Assembly (NCBI RefSeq): GCF_031769215.1 | Contig: NW_026782134.1 | Location: 124,001 to 188,000, forward strand | Reading direction: 5' to 3' | Origin: Ylistrum balloti | Taxonomy: Eukaryota | DNA length: 64,000 nucleotides | In this document: piece by piece, positions 46,901 to 60,912 of the stretch | How the letters are laid out: every line of letters begins with the position of its first letter | How positions within the stretch are numbered: the first letter of the stretch is position 1 | Notes under the pieces: model-generated | Told to the model about the DNA's origin: nothing | The model's input: the letters and a program-made list of their open reading frames with translations, nothing else | Database searches by the model: none | Program-made: the position numbers and the translations under genes

Positions 46901-49900
46901 ATATAGTTTGAGAAATGTTCTGAGGAATGTGCTAGAAACTGTTAGATATAGAATTCGCTAGAACCTGAATCCACTAAATGAACTCTAAACATACAGTTGT
47001 CAGACTTAATTAATTCACTAAATACGTTGAAATTTGAAACGTGACACACAAAATATCTTTTTATTTACAAATTGTTGTATGTTAATCAAAACTGTTAAGC
47101 AATATTTACGTGTTTCTTATAGACAACAGCCTATCGTAACATACTACACGATTTTGGCTTCATAGCATGTTATATCCTCATATCAAACTTTTGAAATTTT
47201 TACTCTTTTTCTTTGTCCCTTTGTAAAACCCAAACTGTTGTTGTTTTTGCTGCTGTTGTTGTTGTTGTTGTTGGGCATAAGTATGATTATCGACCTCCCT
47301 AATTGTGAAATGTATGTTACGAAATGATCAGATTCCCTCCCTCGCTGTAAATAAAACTAGTGTTATCTGATTTTGGATACATACGTGTGCCATCAATTTA
47401 CATAGAAATATTATTGAAACACAATTGCTATACTAACCAAATATAGGTTATTCATTTTTACTATATATAGTTACACACTGACTCCATGTGAGATAGTAAT
47501 GACATCAACGTTATCGAGTTTACAACCATTGAATACATTTTAGGACTCATTGGAGATATTTTTATTGTGAAAATTGTTTGAATAAATATATTTCTTCTGT
47601 ACTCAGGTGTATAGTAAGCATGACTTACTACGGGTTGTATCTCAATGCTGGAAACCTCGGCGGAAATTTCTTCCTAAATATGTTCTTATCTGGGCTGGTA
47701 GAATTTCCAGGTGATACCCTGATCATACTTTTGGTTGATCGCATTGGCCGGAAGACACTTTACTGTCTCAGTATGGTATTAGGAGGATGTGCATGTGCAT
47801 CGACAATAATCCCTATTATGTATGGTGAAATAGGTAGGTTGTAACATCAGTTATCATTTACAAGCCTCCAGATGGATCTGAACGGGTATAATTTGTAAAA
47901 CGAATTTATTATTGCTAAGAAAGATGACCATATGAAGAAGATCTCGAAATAAATTTAATTTATCACTTTATATCAAGTTATTTTAATCACGAATCACGAG
48001 TTGTATATGTTGCAATGGTGTCTATTTATATTCCTATTTTATGATTCTATAAATTGTTTTAATTAATTTGGTTCAACTATATATAGTTATAAATTTGTAT
48101 TGGAAAGTGCTATTCACGTTTGCCTTTAGCAATCTTTAGATAGTTTATTTCATTTCAGAGAACCAGATCATAATAGTCGTACTTGCCATGATTGGCAAAT
48201 TCGGTGTGTCGATGGCTTTCAATACACTTTATCTTTTTTCCGCTGAGTTATTTCCTACCGTGGTCAGGAATGCTGGGATGGGTGCAAGTTGTTGTTCTTC
48301 TAGAATAGGAGGAATTCTGGCGCCTTATATAGCTGACTCGGTGAGAGTTCATTAATGTTTCCAGTAAAACAAAATCGCATATTATTTGATAAGAGACAAC
48401 TCATAATGCAATTATCTATCAATGTTTCGCACGACAATTTGTAAAAATCCCTTTCATTATAGTTATGCAGTAGGGAGGGAAATATCAACTTTACACGAAA
48501 CAACAAAAATATCAACATGGCAACATCATCGTGATCATAACTCATATTCAATAAAAGAAAGATTTATATGGAGACGCCCAAAAAAGTGCAAGAATTACAT
48601 CTTGCGTTCCGGAAGAGTAAGCATCGTAATCTGCTTCATCGACGATGGTGAGATAAAAAGATATGAATACTCTTTAAATTGTGAAACACCACACGCAGAA
48701 ATTTATTTTAACACTGCTGGAAAAGACATATTACACCTGAAATGAATTTTGATGCCGAAGATAAAAGGTTGGCTTTGTCCTATCTTAAGAGGTATTCGAA
48801 TTGTATACATAGGCAATTAGGTAGCAGAAATGCAAAGGACATAGGGTCACCTCTCAGCCAAGACTGTGCAAAAGACATAAAAAATCAGAGTTAGCCAAAC
48901 AACTAGGACTTGTCAGTGATGTTAATGGTCTAACGTTTGAAGCCTAGAAGGCGACATCGTTTAATCTAAAGTGATCGAAATAAAAGTTAAAATCAAGACG
49001 GGAAGATACAAAAGCCCAATAATTAATTACATGTCGTAATTCTCATACATCTGGTGATTTTAGAACAGCGTCGAATAGATGTGTTTATTCTGATCTGCGT
49101 TCGAATGAATTTAAGCATGGCATGCTGATTACAATTTTGCAAAACCTTATAACAATTTTTTTTGTATTTTACAGGCAATGTTTATAGGTGGCATGGTAGG
49201 GAAAGTGTTTCCTTTGGCGGTATTTGGAGTGATGTCTATCTTAGCTGGATTGTCATCCTTACATTTACCGGAAACTTTGAACATGGAATTGCCAGAAACA
49301 ATCAAAGACGGCATTATGTTCGGAAAGTAAGTTACCCTTTTAAGTGTTCATTAGTGAAGAATGGTTGAAATATTTTGTTTCATATATCGAGAACAGGAAG
49401 ACATAGAGTTACATATGAATATGCGCACAGTATGAACAATTTTAGCTTTTTGTACAAAATCGCGAAATACTTAACACCAGATGTGAGGCATGTTAAATTG
49501 TCTACTTTATCTAAACCAATGTGTTAATGAAAACACGATAACACGTATTATAGTAAACAAAAAACAAGGATTTTTTTTATTTCACGTCGTATATAATGTA
49601 AACAGTCGACATTAGCGATGAAGCGCTTTTCTTACAAAGTCATCAGTACTATTAGATACATTAGCAATGACTAATATTGTCAACAAGTTCAAATTATCAT
49701 AATGCACAGAAGCAATTTCAAACGATAAAAGTTCTAATCACTATGTGATATCAGTATGATAAAACAGACTTCTTAGAAGTTTAGGAAATAAATAATTCTT
49801 TAGGGCATAACGATGAAGATCTCAATACAACAGAAACATGAAAATTCCCCCCAAAATGATTATCCTCTATAAATTAAAATATCATATACTTTTTAGTGAT

Positions 49901-50340
49901 AATCACAACTGATTTAATGCACAACGTTACATAACGGGAAATATGTGAATGCTACGTAACCGAACATCGATAGTGTTCGAAAATAGACGCACGCGTTGAA
50001 CGATGAAACGAACTTGGTTTTGAAAACAGCAAAATGACTCCATTATATACCATAGTATACCTGTATATTGAACAAACATAAAGTTTGTTTATTACTTTAT
50101 TATTTTGACTGTTCACGATGATTCATGGCATTTAATTTAGACAAATGTATGTAAAATAACCCGTCTTAGTACACATGAAATGAAGGGTATGGATAATTTG
50201 AGTAATTTTGCATGTATCATTTTTTTATTCTTTTCAGAAGACGGGTACCAATTTGTGAAAGTGAAAACACACTCCTCGAAAGTACCACAAACGGACAACC
50301 AATTCCCAGAAATAATCATGTATCAAGCACATGTATGTGA
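43916..50340 (+). CDS. SLC22-family (MFS) organic ion transporter, paralog 2; 10 coding exons, 563 aa
   Basis: Exons 43916-44058, 44658-44904, 45231-45334, 45468-45622, 45823-45991, 46156-46365, 47607-47833, 48159-48340, 49175-49326, 50238-50340. 1692 nt, phases consistent, one GC-AG intron after exon 6. Motifs: [48 protein letters not shown]. Exon sizes 104/155/169/227/182 are identical to paralog 1. Confidence 0.93.
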
Positions 50341-50418
50341 TATTTTAATGATATAATCGGTAATTATGGTTTGCAATAATTACATTGAAGTTAAACACTT
50401 ATTAAAAGAATAAAATTT

Positions 50419-50635
50419 GTGTAAGCATGGTAACCCAGCTCAGAGACTGCAGCTTGTTATTTGTTGTACATATCTTATAAACAAAAAACAACAGAGAAAA
50501 GAAATGTTGTCAAATGGTTATTTATTAAATGACAAGAACATTTCAAATACAACCATAACATCAATCACTGTTATAATATATAGATCTGAATGACATTAAC
50601 TTCAGTCTATATGTACAACAAAAAAGGTGGGGTAC
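50419..50635. repeat. About 220-bp dispersed repeat, copy 2, just 3' of the SLC22 paralog 2 stop codon
   Basis: Direct copy of 13625-13845 with scattered substitutions and small indels. Confidence 0.9.
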
Positions 50636-52210
50636 AAATTATCGGCATACAAACATAAGTTTGAATAACACACACAAAAAATACCAAAAAACATTGATAT
50701 ATAAGCGGGCTCAAGACAAAATGTGGGAGTGTGATGAGGGTGGGACTTCGAAAGATATTAAACGTAATCACAGCAGCAGAAAAAATTATGATGAGTGATG
50801 AAAATATGACGCGGTCAAAATCATGAGGAGGTGCGCGCCTCGCTGATTGGTCAATCCAGGTCCTGACCGCATAGCATTACGACTACTGCCGCTGGTCACA
50901 TGAACAGCCCCTGCTGACTGGTCAAGCTAAAACTGTGACCGCATGGCGAGTTGCCCTACATGGCCCTCGCTAACACGTGCACACATAACATCCAAATAAC
51001 AAGAGATACAAACAACATAGGGTAACAGATGGTCACCAGGTGGTCAGAGTTCAAAATCTTAAGAGCCAACTTACATAACCTTATAATGTGAAAAACATCT
51101 GCAGGATTTTGACAATTATACATATATATATACAGGAATATATAAAGTAACCATCTAACACAAATGTATTTATTTCATGAAATAAATTATATATATATAT
51201 ACTTAATTGGTGACTTCGCGAAACCAAAATGGAAACTGTGAGGCAGATTACGAAGAGAATTCTGTACTATGAGTTACTTAATTTTAGCATTAGGTTTAAC
51301 AAAGGTTGACCGAATTGATGGCTACGGGAAACAATATTGGTGATAATGAGATATGAGATTAAAAGGTGGGAGACCAGAATGAACTCTCCTCTTCGATTAA
51401 ACACTATTTTTTTCACTTCCAGCTCCATCATCAAAGTCCCGAATTATTTCTGGAAATAATGGAATAATGAGAAAAAATAATAGATATTGATACCGCCCTG
51501 ACACTTCACACCTTACACAATGTCTTTGTTTTAATAAATGCTTATCATAAAAGAGATACTCATCCGCATAAACGCCAGTGCCTTCTCAAACCTTCTACAA
51601 GTATGTGTGGGCATGTTAATTACGTTATAATGATATTCCTGAGTTATGTTTCACAGAAAATGTAGCAAGTTGCTTATTGATTATTGTATAGCTAATCTGT
51701 CTACTTAATAGAGTGATATACATAGATTTTTGTTATTCATAATTATAACTTTTTTAAAATAACGTTTCCATTTCTGTGCGTGCGCTATTTTGATAGTGTA
51801 AGTAGTATATGAAGTTAACACTGAATTATAAAGTCACATATTGCTTTTATGTGTGTCAAGCAACCAAACCTGACCAACGTCCCTGTGAGTGTTAAAAACA
51901 GTACATTTCATCACTGGATATAACGTGTGCGAATGAAATTTCTTATTTGAAGTATTAACTAATATGCATTTTCAATACACGCACATATCAAATATTACAC
52001 GTGATAAAATATTAGTATATATCTTTCCTGAAATTCCAAAATCAAGTAAACTGCGCATATTTCTTAGCATATCTGCCTCGTAAGTAATAGCTAAATAATC
52101 TTAAAAATTCCAAAAAAAATAATAAGTAGTATATTATCATCGTTAGATATGTTTCATAATTTAACATAGCTACACTATATTATCTCTCCTTGTTTTAAAA
52201 CTGCAATGCA

Positions 52211-52435
52211 ATATTGCAAACGAATGTTGTTATATGTATAGAATAATATTCTATGTGTACCTTAGGCTTGAAGCAAACAAGGAATATATTGCAAACGAAT
52301 GTTGTTATATGTATAGAATAATATTCTATGTGTACCTTAGGCTTGAAGCAAACAAGGAATATATTGCAAACGAATGTTGTTATATGTATAGAATAATATT
52401 CTATGTGTACCTTAGGCTTGAAGCAAACAAGGAAT
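52211..52435. repeat. Perfect 75-bp tandem repeat, 3 copies
   Basis: Unit ATATTGCAAACGAATGTTGTTATATGTATAGAATAATATTCTATGTGTACCTTAGGCTTGAAGCAAACAAGGAAT at 52211, 52286 and 52361. Confidence 0.98.
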
Positions 52436-52945
52436 ACAAAATTTCAACGATAGAAGAAATTCAGTGAAACAGAAATACAGGAAATAAAACGAAAGAACTA
52501 ACCTGATGTGCTACACAAGGTGGTCGTCACTAATGTGTATAGATGCTAAAAATAGAATCTGAAAACCTCACCATAAGTGTTTGTTTACACAGGGACAATG
52601 AACAATTTACGGAATTTCCGGATATTGATAGGTCCTAAATATAGATTATCGGTATTATAATTGTTAACATTGACATTGACACGACAAATGGAGTTTTGTT
52701 TTATTTACCGAAAATCCCTGACTTAAATCCCCATATGCCTACAACTTCCTATTTTCGTAATTTTTAAATATCCGTCCGTTATATTTGAAAATACCTTCCT
52801 TTTAAACGGCAAAAGTTTAGAAAAAATAAGAAAGAAAGACAAAATGAAAAACAGGGGATATTCATGCATGAGAAAACAAAGAAAGAAAGAGCGGAGGAAC
52901 AGTAAAAATATTTAAATGTCGTGAATAACAAGTGAAATATTGTTT

Positions 52946-52946
<1 letters not shown>

Positions 52947-52978
<32 letters not shown>
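52947..52978. repeat. Poly-T tract (32 nt)
   Basis: Uninterrupted T run. Confidence 0.95.
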
Positions 52979-52983
<5 letters not shown>

Positions 52984-55900
52984 AAACACATGTAATGGAT
53001 TGGTTGGTAGTGTATGATCAATATACAGAGTATAGGTTATCATTAAAAATGTACTTGTCTGATGTTTTGACAGGGAATAAGACACAATTCAATATAAAAC
53101 GACGTTTGTGTTTTTATATATTTTGTCATCTAAAGCAATCTATTTGACGCTTTGACGAAGTTTCGCTCGTGGAGTACATTTTTGACTGAACCAACTTTTA
53201 TGGAAGAGGAGACTAATGATGTAACGTATCTTTGGCAGGAAAGATAAAAACGGTAAAAACTATCACCTGGTTCCTGATGATGTAATACCTGTAAACAAAA
53301 ACTAATAATACTAATAATGATGTCATGTTTTGCTGCATAAAGTTAGAATATATTTCCTTTTTTGCCCTGGTCGAAATCAATTTAATCTGAATACCGTAAA
53401 AATAAAACATTTAATTTTTTTATTTGATAGGAAAAAAACTATATAACCTATAAGATGTTGTTCTGTACACGGTTCAAAAATCAAATGACTTCGGTTGTTT
53501 TACTGATAATAAGACAATTCTTTGAATATTCTGTGTAGAAAATAGCCCGTTTTACCTATAGGGGTTAATCATACAACCAATTTAGTCCAATATAAGGTTT
53601 CTTTTATTCTAAATTGAATAATTCAACGAAGCAAAAACACAAAGGAAGTGGAAGCCGAACACCCTTTAGGATAACGTGAACAAAACGTTTCAACAGTATT
53701 TATCACACAGTCAATTTACCTGCACCACTTATCATGATTCACAGGACTGTAAAAGGAAACCATGAGTGGGTCATGAGGTTGAACAACTAATAGCTGAATG
53801 GTGTGTATTACATGTGAATCATTTTTGGAAGTGATTCACTTTACTATCGAAGTCTACAAAATGACCAATATTGCTATTTACATTTGGTATGTAATACATA
53901 GGGCCTCTGAACGTTCTCTTACTCTTTGACAAAAAACTTTCTTTATCGTTTATAAGCATGCTGAAATCCTTCATATAGCACACAAAGCTTTTGTTACATC
54001 TGTGTCCCATACCTGGTGTAATTTTATCCATGACGCTAACAACATACCTCTGTTTGCCGATGATGTTATCTTTGTCAACTGGCTGGAAATATTGGAACAT
54101 ATACCTACCAACAGAGTTTACATTTGATTTTTTTGTGATACATTGGAATGTAAACAGTGATTGTCTTGCCATTCTCATGATGTCAAGGTATCAAACTGGT
54201 TAATATTGCTCAGATTTTGGTAGATACTTATGAGCAGTGTCGATAACGTCGTTGCTCTATTTTTTTGCTACAAGGTTACTATGTTTAGTGTTAATGGCAC
54301 AACTCATCTACACACAATATTAAGACATGTATTTATTCATGTCCATTAAACGTAATACAAAATATCCAAGAATGATCTGATATTAATACAAAGTTTTTAA
54401 TTTTAAATAATATCAAACATTCAGGTCTATGTGTACTCTTTAAGAAAATAAGAGTATGTATGAATAGGTGTCCAACACTAGTCTAAAATGTTTAAGAATG
54501 ATACATATCAGTTGAACAGCAAACATTTTATTCATAGTGTGAATTAGATATCACAGATCAAAGCAAAGGTCATGAGCCATACTTAGATATATCTATTACA
54601 CATTGCTCTATTTATCATTACAACATACGTGTGTTTTAGTATTTCAGTGTACATCATTACCTTGATGGTTAGTACGTGCAGGTGTGATCTACAGATGTGT
54701 TGTTCTTGTGATCTTATCTTAATGCACACGTGGTAGGTGATCGGTGATTTGTATAAAGTGCGTATGAAAACCAGTGTGTTGATCAATTCTGCTTGTCAAA
54801 AATAATGAGTTATTATAGAGAAAGAAATCTTGTATAAACAAATAAGAGATTCAATAGTAGCATGTTAATCTATCAAATCCCTTGAATAATCATCTATTTT
54901 TATAACTGTGTTGGCTACCTCTAGTGCTAGTAACTAACACGAATGGTGTAGGTATTCGTGATGTAATATTTCAGTTACATAACTTACCGTATGAAATGTA
55001 TTCTCGAGTTATCCTGTAAGTAATACACATATAAATATTCATTTTTCACGTGTACTTTATAGCACAAATCATTGTGACAGCAAAGACTTAATCAACTATG
55101 ACGAGAGTATTTCCATCGGGGTTTTTCCATGTGTGTCTATTTATAGCACATACTTTACAAGGTCAATAATATCATTGACATGGCCGATATTCATAGACTA
55201 AGCGAGGTCAAATCACGCTAAACTAGTGCATCATGGTGCTTTCAAGAGCACAGGTCTATAATAGATTCAAGTTTATGTAAATATGAATATAACAGGCGGG
55301 ATTTAGATTTATTTGTTTCATAAGTAATTGGTTTGCTTTTAAATAAACGATGCATCTTTAGTTCTAATACATAGGTAATCAAATCGGATTTAGACCAAAA
55401 CACTAAATTGATTGTTCTGCTGATTCATGTTTATGCTTGTTATGATCCCGTGTAAACTCGATTAAGTCAGTATATAAAGTCAGGATGTCAGAAATATTGA
55501 TTTGTAGATATAATAGGTATTTGTTAACTAGACCTAATTTGTTCAATATTGACCACTTTTGTTAGTGTAAAATTACTTTGCTCGTTATTGAATTATGTAA
55601 ATTGAACCATTTTATCAAATAAGTTATGATAAAGAGTTCTTGTTCCCATAATTTGACTTTTTAAGGGTAAGTGTACAAAACAAAACGAAAAGGAGGATTC
55701 AGGGAATTCACAAGGGCCTAAATGTTATCATGATTATTTTGGGGGCATTGATTCACCAACGTTAAACGAAACAATATAGAAGAACACAAATGTTTAACGC
55801 AAATCGGCGAGGAAGCTTCTCTGTTAGCTGTTTCAGTATCTCGAAGTTTCGGAAAAGCATTCTAGTAATAGGTAGGTAAACATCTGTGGTATAATAAGCA

Positions 55901-56734
55901 GCAATTTATCGTAATTAATAAATTACCTATACTGACGTAAACTTGACCTGTATGTTACATATGCTGGTGCCGATGATTGCATGTCAGTCATTATCAGTAC
56001 CATCACGAATGTAGTATTTAAAGAATATTATAATTACATTTCTTGTCTCTACAGTATATACATATACATGTATATCCATTAAATTCTTAATATATGTGAT
56101 GTATGTGTTATATTGAATCACATTTTTTTCTTACATTAAATTTGCATATATGTAAAGCAATTACTTAAATGATGGATATATATATATATAGTAACATTGT
56201 AATAAATCTCCCAGTTATGAATACTGATTTGGACTGATATGAAACAATAGTGGATATGGAGTTCATCACTTCCGGCGTTTCATCTTACGTGACCTAAGGG
56301 TATCTATGTGACCTAAGGGTTAGGCAACATATCTGATACATGTATGGGAATCTTAATGTCATCTGTTTAATGCTTCATTCATTCTATCTACATAAATATT
56401 TCAACAAGACGTTTTTAATACAAACGATTAAACCAATTTTTTTTATTCATTTCAAGTTTTGGCATTTAAAAAATTGCATCTATGAAATTGCCTGACTCGC
56501 CTGTGTATATACAAGTTCGCACAGCATGTATTCAAGACTAGAACTCACTTTGTTTTGTTTGTACCCCTCCAAAGTCACTACCTTTGCATTCGTGATAAAG
56601 TGTTGTCTGCTCAATGACGTAATTATCTGATGCGACGCAAAGTAATGACGTACAACACGCAATACTTTCTCATGAGAGTGTGTAACTCTACACAACGAAA
56701 AGACATGTTTTTTATGAATAATGAATCCACTGAA

Positions 56735-56737
<3 letters not shown>

Positions 56738-56783
<46 letters not shown>
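56738..56783. repeat. (TA)23 microsatellite
   Basis: Uninterrupted TA dinucleotide run. Confidence 0.97.
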
Positions 56784-56786
<3 letters not shown>

Positions 56787-56832
56787 ATAACGTCTGTTAT
56801 TAATTTAATTCTATTATTAAAATAATAGAATA

Positions 56833-56884
56833 ACTGATTACTTTCCATTGTATGATGATCACTGATTACTTTCCATTGTATGAT
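56833..56884. repeat. Short tandem duplication, 24-bp core, period 28
   Basis: ACTGATTACTTTCCATTGTATGAT at 56833 and 56861. Confidence 0.9.
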
Positions 56885-58371
56885 AACATGCATTGTCATT
56901 GGTCTGTGTTTGGTTATAGTAGCCAAATGTATTGAAATAGCATTTTGCATTTTTAGTTCCTTTCATTTGAATGTGTTCAGCTTGGCAGGCGCACGCTATG
57001 TAGGATAATATTACGTCTGAGGTATTTTCTGTGAATATTTTTGAGTGACTTTCTTTTGTTTGAGCTTCTCACCAGTGCCCATTATTTCTTGTTGGTGATT
57101 GAATAACAAGATAGATATAAACTCAGGGTTCTGGTGAAACATTTTCACAGCATGGTCCATATGTGTGATATTTTGTGATCTCAACCGGACAAATGACACG
57201 TGTGAAGTGTTATTGAATCGAGATATACAGTGTACGAAATGATAATGGATTAGACAGGACTTTTCGGCTGTACAATAACAGTATGAACACCAGGTTGGAA
57301 AATAGTGTGACAAAATTGCAACCAGATTATAACGAAAACATATCGAATAGGTAATCTTTTATACATCCATTAGTTAGTTACAATGTCATAACACGTTAAA
57401 TTCGATTCGGAGTCTCGTTGTTTTGTAATGGTTATTTTGATAAGATAAACTGATTCTGAATTCAAACGTCTTCAATTCAATAGTAGAAGTAAATACTCTT
57501 TGTATATCGACGCGTCTTAGAATGCATTACCAAAATTGTGAATTTCATGACCCATGGGTCGCACAGTTCCCCGTTTTCTCTAAGTCTCAAGTCTATTATG
57601 ATTTTGACAACTTCAGGGTCTTACATTTTCTCCGCAGACCGCAACTGATGTCATGCATAGTTTACATTTGTCCTAGTATACAATTTAGTTGAAGTCATCT
57701 TACTCTGTTAACCGGATGGTTTTATGACATTAGTTTTAAGAACAATGTAAGCTTTTATAGAACCCAGCTGATCGTTAAGGCCCGTGGTTTCTTGTTGGAA
57801 ATGAGAAAATTATCGAATAATCATTTTAAGATAACATAAAAGGAACAAGAATAATAGAAAAGAAGAATAAAAAATAATAACATAATATAAGATCTGGAGG
57901 CATGATTTATTTTCGTTTGAGAAACAGACCTATCTAAGTAAGTGAATTATCAATTTTTACCTTTTTTCTCTACAGGTCAAAATATGTCAACGACATCAAA
58001 CGTTTGTATAAGGAAATTATTTGACAACGGATCAACAAACTCAGAGCTGAAGGATCTGAATGGAGATCCGTTAAGGACAAAATGTGTCAAAAGGTATCAA
58101 AGATTGATATCTTATCGAAAGTAAAATATTTGTTCAATGCGCGTTGCCTTTGAATCATAGGGCATAAACATCGCTTGCATTTCTTAAAAGTGCTTCTCTC
58201 TGCATTTCTCTGTATTAACTTGTCATCTGAAAAATGACCACAAATTAACTTCTAGTAATCAAAACTTCCTTTGCCTAATTATATGGAATCTTTTAACGAA
58301 CTAAAGAAATATTTATTATGTAAATCACACTGACTGGATAATATTTCCTGGTTGCGACAAATAAGATAATC

Positions 58372-60912
58372 ATGGATGTCTTCCCAGCCAGTCTAACACT
58401 TTACTTTGAAAATGCAGAGAACGGGGACGAATCGCTACCCATGAATATTGAATGGTTGCGGTTGCAGTCATTTGCATCTGTTCGCAAAATAAATGTTCGA
58501 CCAATACAATTGGCGAGGGCTGGATTTTTTCATACAGGTGCCTCTGATGAGGTACGGTGCTTTTCTTGTGGTGCCCGACGATCTGGTTGGAAGATTGGAG
58601 ACAATCTTGATGAAATTCACAGACAAATCTCACCTTTCTGCAAACATGCGAATGATACAGACAATACAAATGTTGCCGTACCTCGAGAAACAGGAACAGG
58701 CTCTTCTTCAGGTCACCAGGAAACTCAAAAGACAAAACAAGAAACTCGTCCTGTGAAGGAAAATGGACTAAATACATGTTGTCATGGCTATAAGACAAAA
58801 AGGTTCGTAGGTGACAGGTTTCTAGAAAGAATGGAAACCCAGCACCAGCCCAAAATGCAAGCCCAAAATATGGCGACGAACACAGTTCATTCTTCAGTCA
58901 AACAAATCCCAAATGGGATGATCGCTCAACAAAAGTCAATCTCTCATGGTATCTCCGTGTCAGAATCCTCTACTGAACAAATACATCACTCAATGGTTTC
59001 CACTGTTTCATCTTCAGCAACTAACGGTCATTCGATATACAGGAGGTCATGTAAACGATCCGAAAGCAATTCAAACTTCATTATACCTGTTCAGAATGGA
59101 AATGGATCTTTTCCTGAACAAAGACGGTCTGAAAACGAAAGCAACGTTGCACATAATACAAACGAAACTTCCCAACCGAGCACATACATTAATCCGCTCT
59201 CAAATCACCCCATTCAAGATACAGCAAATCCAACATGCACTGTCAGCGCTGATTCTTGCCCCGTTGGTGCTTCAGTAGTCCAGAGGTTATCTCCACTCGG
59301 TGTTAACTTCGAAAAACCGAAGTACCCAGTATATGCAGTATTGACTGTGAGGATAAGTTCCTTCAGTGGTTGGTCAGGTTCACAGACACCAAAACTGATG
59401 GCTGAGGCAGGTTTTGTGTACGCAGGATACACAGATTATACCAGGTGTTTTTTCTGTGGAGGAGGACTTAAAAACTGGGAGGATGGGGATGATCCATGGA
59501 TTGAGCATGCGCGATGGTTTCCAAAATGCGTTTACTTACGACAAAACAAGGGAGTCGTTTTCATACAGCTGGTACAAGAAACACTCGATACCGAAGAAAA
59601 GGTACGGATTCATGTAACTGCAATACATGTTTATTTATGCAAAATAATTAATGACAGAATTTTATGACACTCAATACAACCTGATCTGGCTTCTAACAGT
59701 TCGTTTCTGTTTGCCTTTAGTTATACCGATGGCTGATTTACGAATCAACCTTACTATTTTTATATAAATCAATGAGCTGTGTAAATGTGACTTGTTTTCC
59801 CAGAACAAAAACTTTATGTTTAAGCTTCAATCGAACCCACAATTTATCATAAAATAAAATATTCAACAGTATCTTATTTATGCTTATGCCCTCAAAGGTA
59901 CAAGACAACACCAAATTCAGCTTGGAAAAAGTAGCCTTGTTTGAGAAGGATATTGAGGAGCTGCCAGTTGTCCAGAGTGTTGTACAGCTAGGATACTCCC
60001 CAGAACGTGTCAAACAAGTCGTTAAGCAGCTATCGGCAAAAGGTACACATTTCTTTTAAACGGTACATGCTATCTGCCAATTATCTAATTCTCTACTGAT
60101 ATGTGATAAGAACTGCGGTGGGAGACTTTACTTAAAATACAAGTGTAGACAAGTGCGAGTGTTTATACCAAATTGTTCAGTAGATACATATATACCATTA
60201 ATAGTGTGCACTTTTTTGTGTATGTAGAAATCGCAGGTATTCACAGTACAGATGTTCTTCTAAAACTGATCACCGACAAAAGAAGCACAGATTCCTATGG
60301 GCATGGATCCACGATTAGTGGGGGCGTTGCGAGCACAAACACGACAGAAACTGAAGGTATGACAGGTCTTTATTCTTCTTAAACTATTTTTAGTAGTTTG
60401 TGTCTACTGAAAGTTTCTTTATTTACCACGGAAATCCTTTTCAATCAAAATGAGACTAAATTGAAAATCTAAATGTTCTGATTTTATTATTTCTATCAAT
60501 ATAATCCTTTCAATTCGATTTTGAGATAATATAATCTGTAGATATTGTTGGAGAAATAAAATACAAAACAATGAATAAAAAAACCGGCCATTATACTTGT
60601 TGACCTACTTTGTACATCTCAAAGTGTAAAGTCGGAGTACATGAATACAAAGGCAAATTTATGTCCATGTTTTACCTAGAAAAATACTTTTATGTTTATT
60701 CTTTTACAGAGTGCAAGAAACGACAGTTATTGGAAGAAAACCGCCGACTGAGAAGAAATAAAATGTGTAGAATATGTGAGGAGGAAGACGCCTCAATCAC
60801 GTTTCTCCCTTGCGCGCATCTCGTGTGTTGTGACGTATGCTCTCAAGCTATGAGACGCTGTCCTGTATGCAGGGTCACTATACAGGGCAGCATCAAAACC
60901 TGGCTCACGTGA
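58372..60912 (+). CDS. Inhibitor of apoptosis protein (BIR-BIR-UBA-RING), 4 coding exons, 568 aa
   Basis: Exons 58372-59601, 59898-60042, 60228-60356, 60710-60912; GT-AG, 1707 nt. BIR1 LARAGFF..VRCFSC..H..SPFC; BIR2 [38 protein letters not shown]; UBA-like [11 protein letters not shown]; C3HC4 [23 protein letters not shown] at the C-terminus. Confidence 0.93.

Noticed and set aside
50842-50944. Two imperfect 31-32 bp direct repeats (GCTGA.TGGTCAA...TGACCGCAT) in a GC-richer patch
   Set aside because: Probably a fragment of an unidentified repeat; no ends, ORF or other support.
52234-52467. ORF with a three-fold 25-aa repeat
   Set aside because: Product of the 75-bp tandem repeat; no splice or homology support.
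56480-56950. 156-aa minus-strand ORF containing IYIYIY
   Set aside because: Runs through the (TA)n microsatellite; no coding signal.
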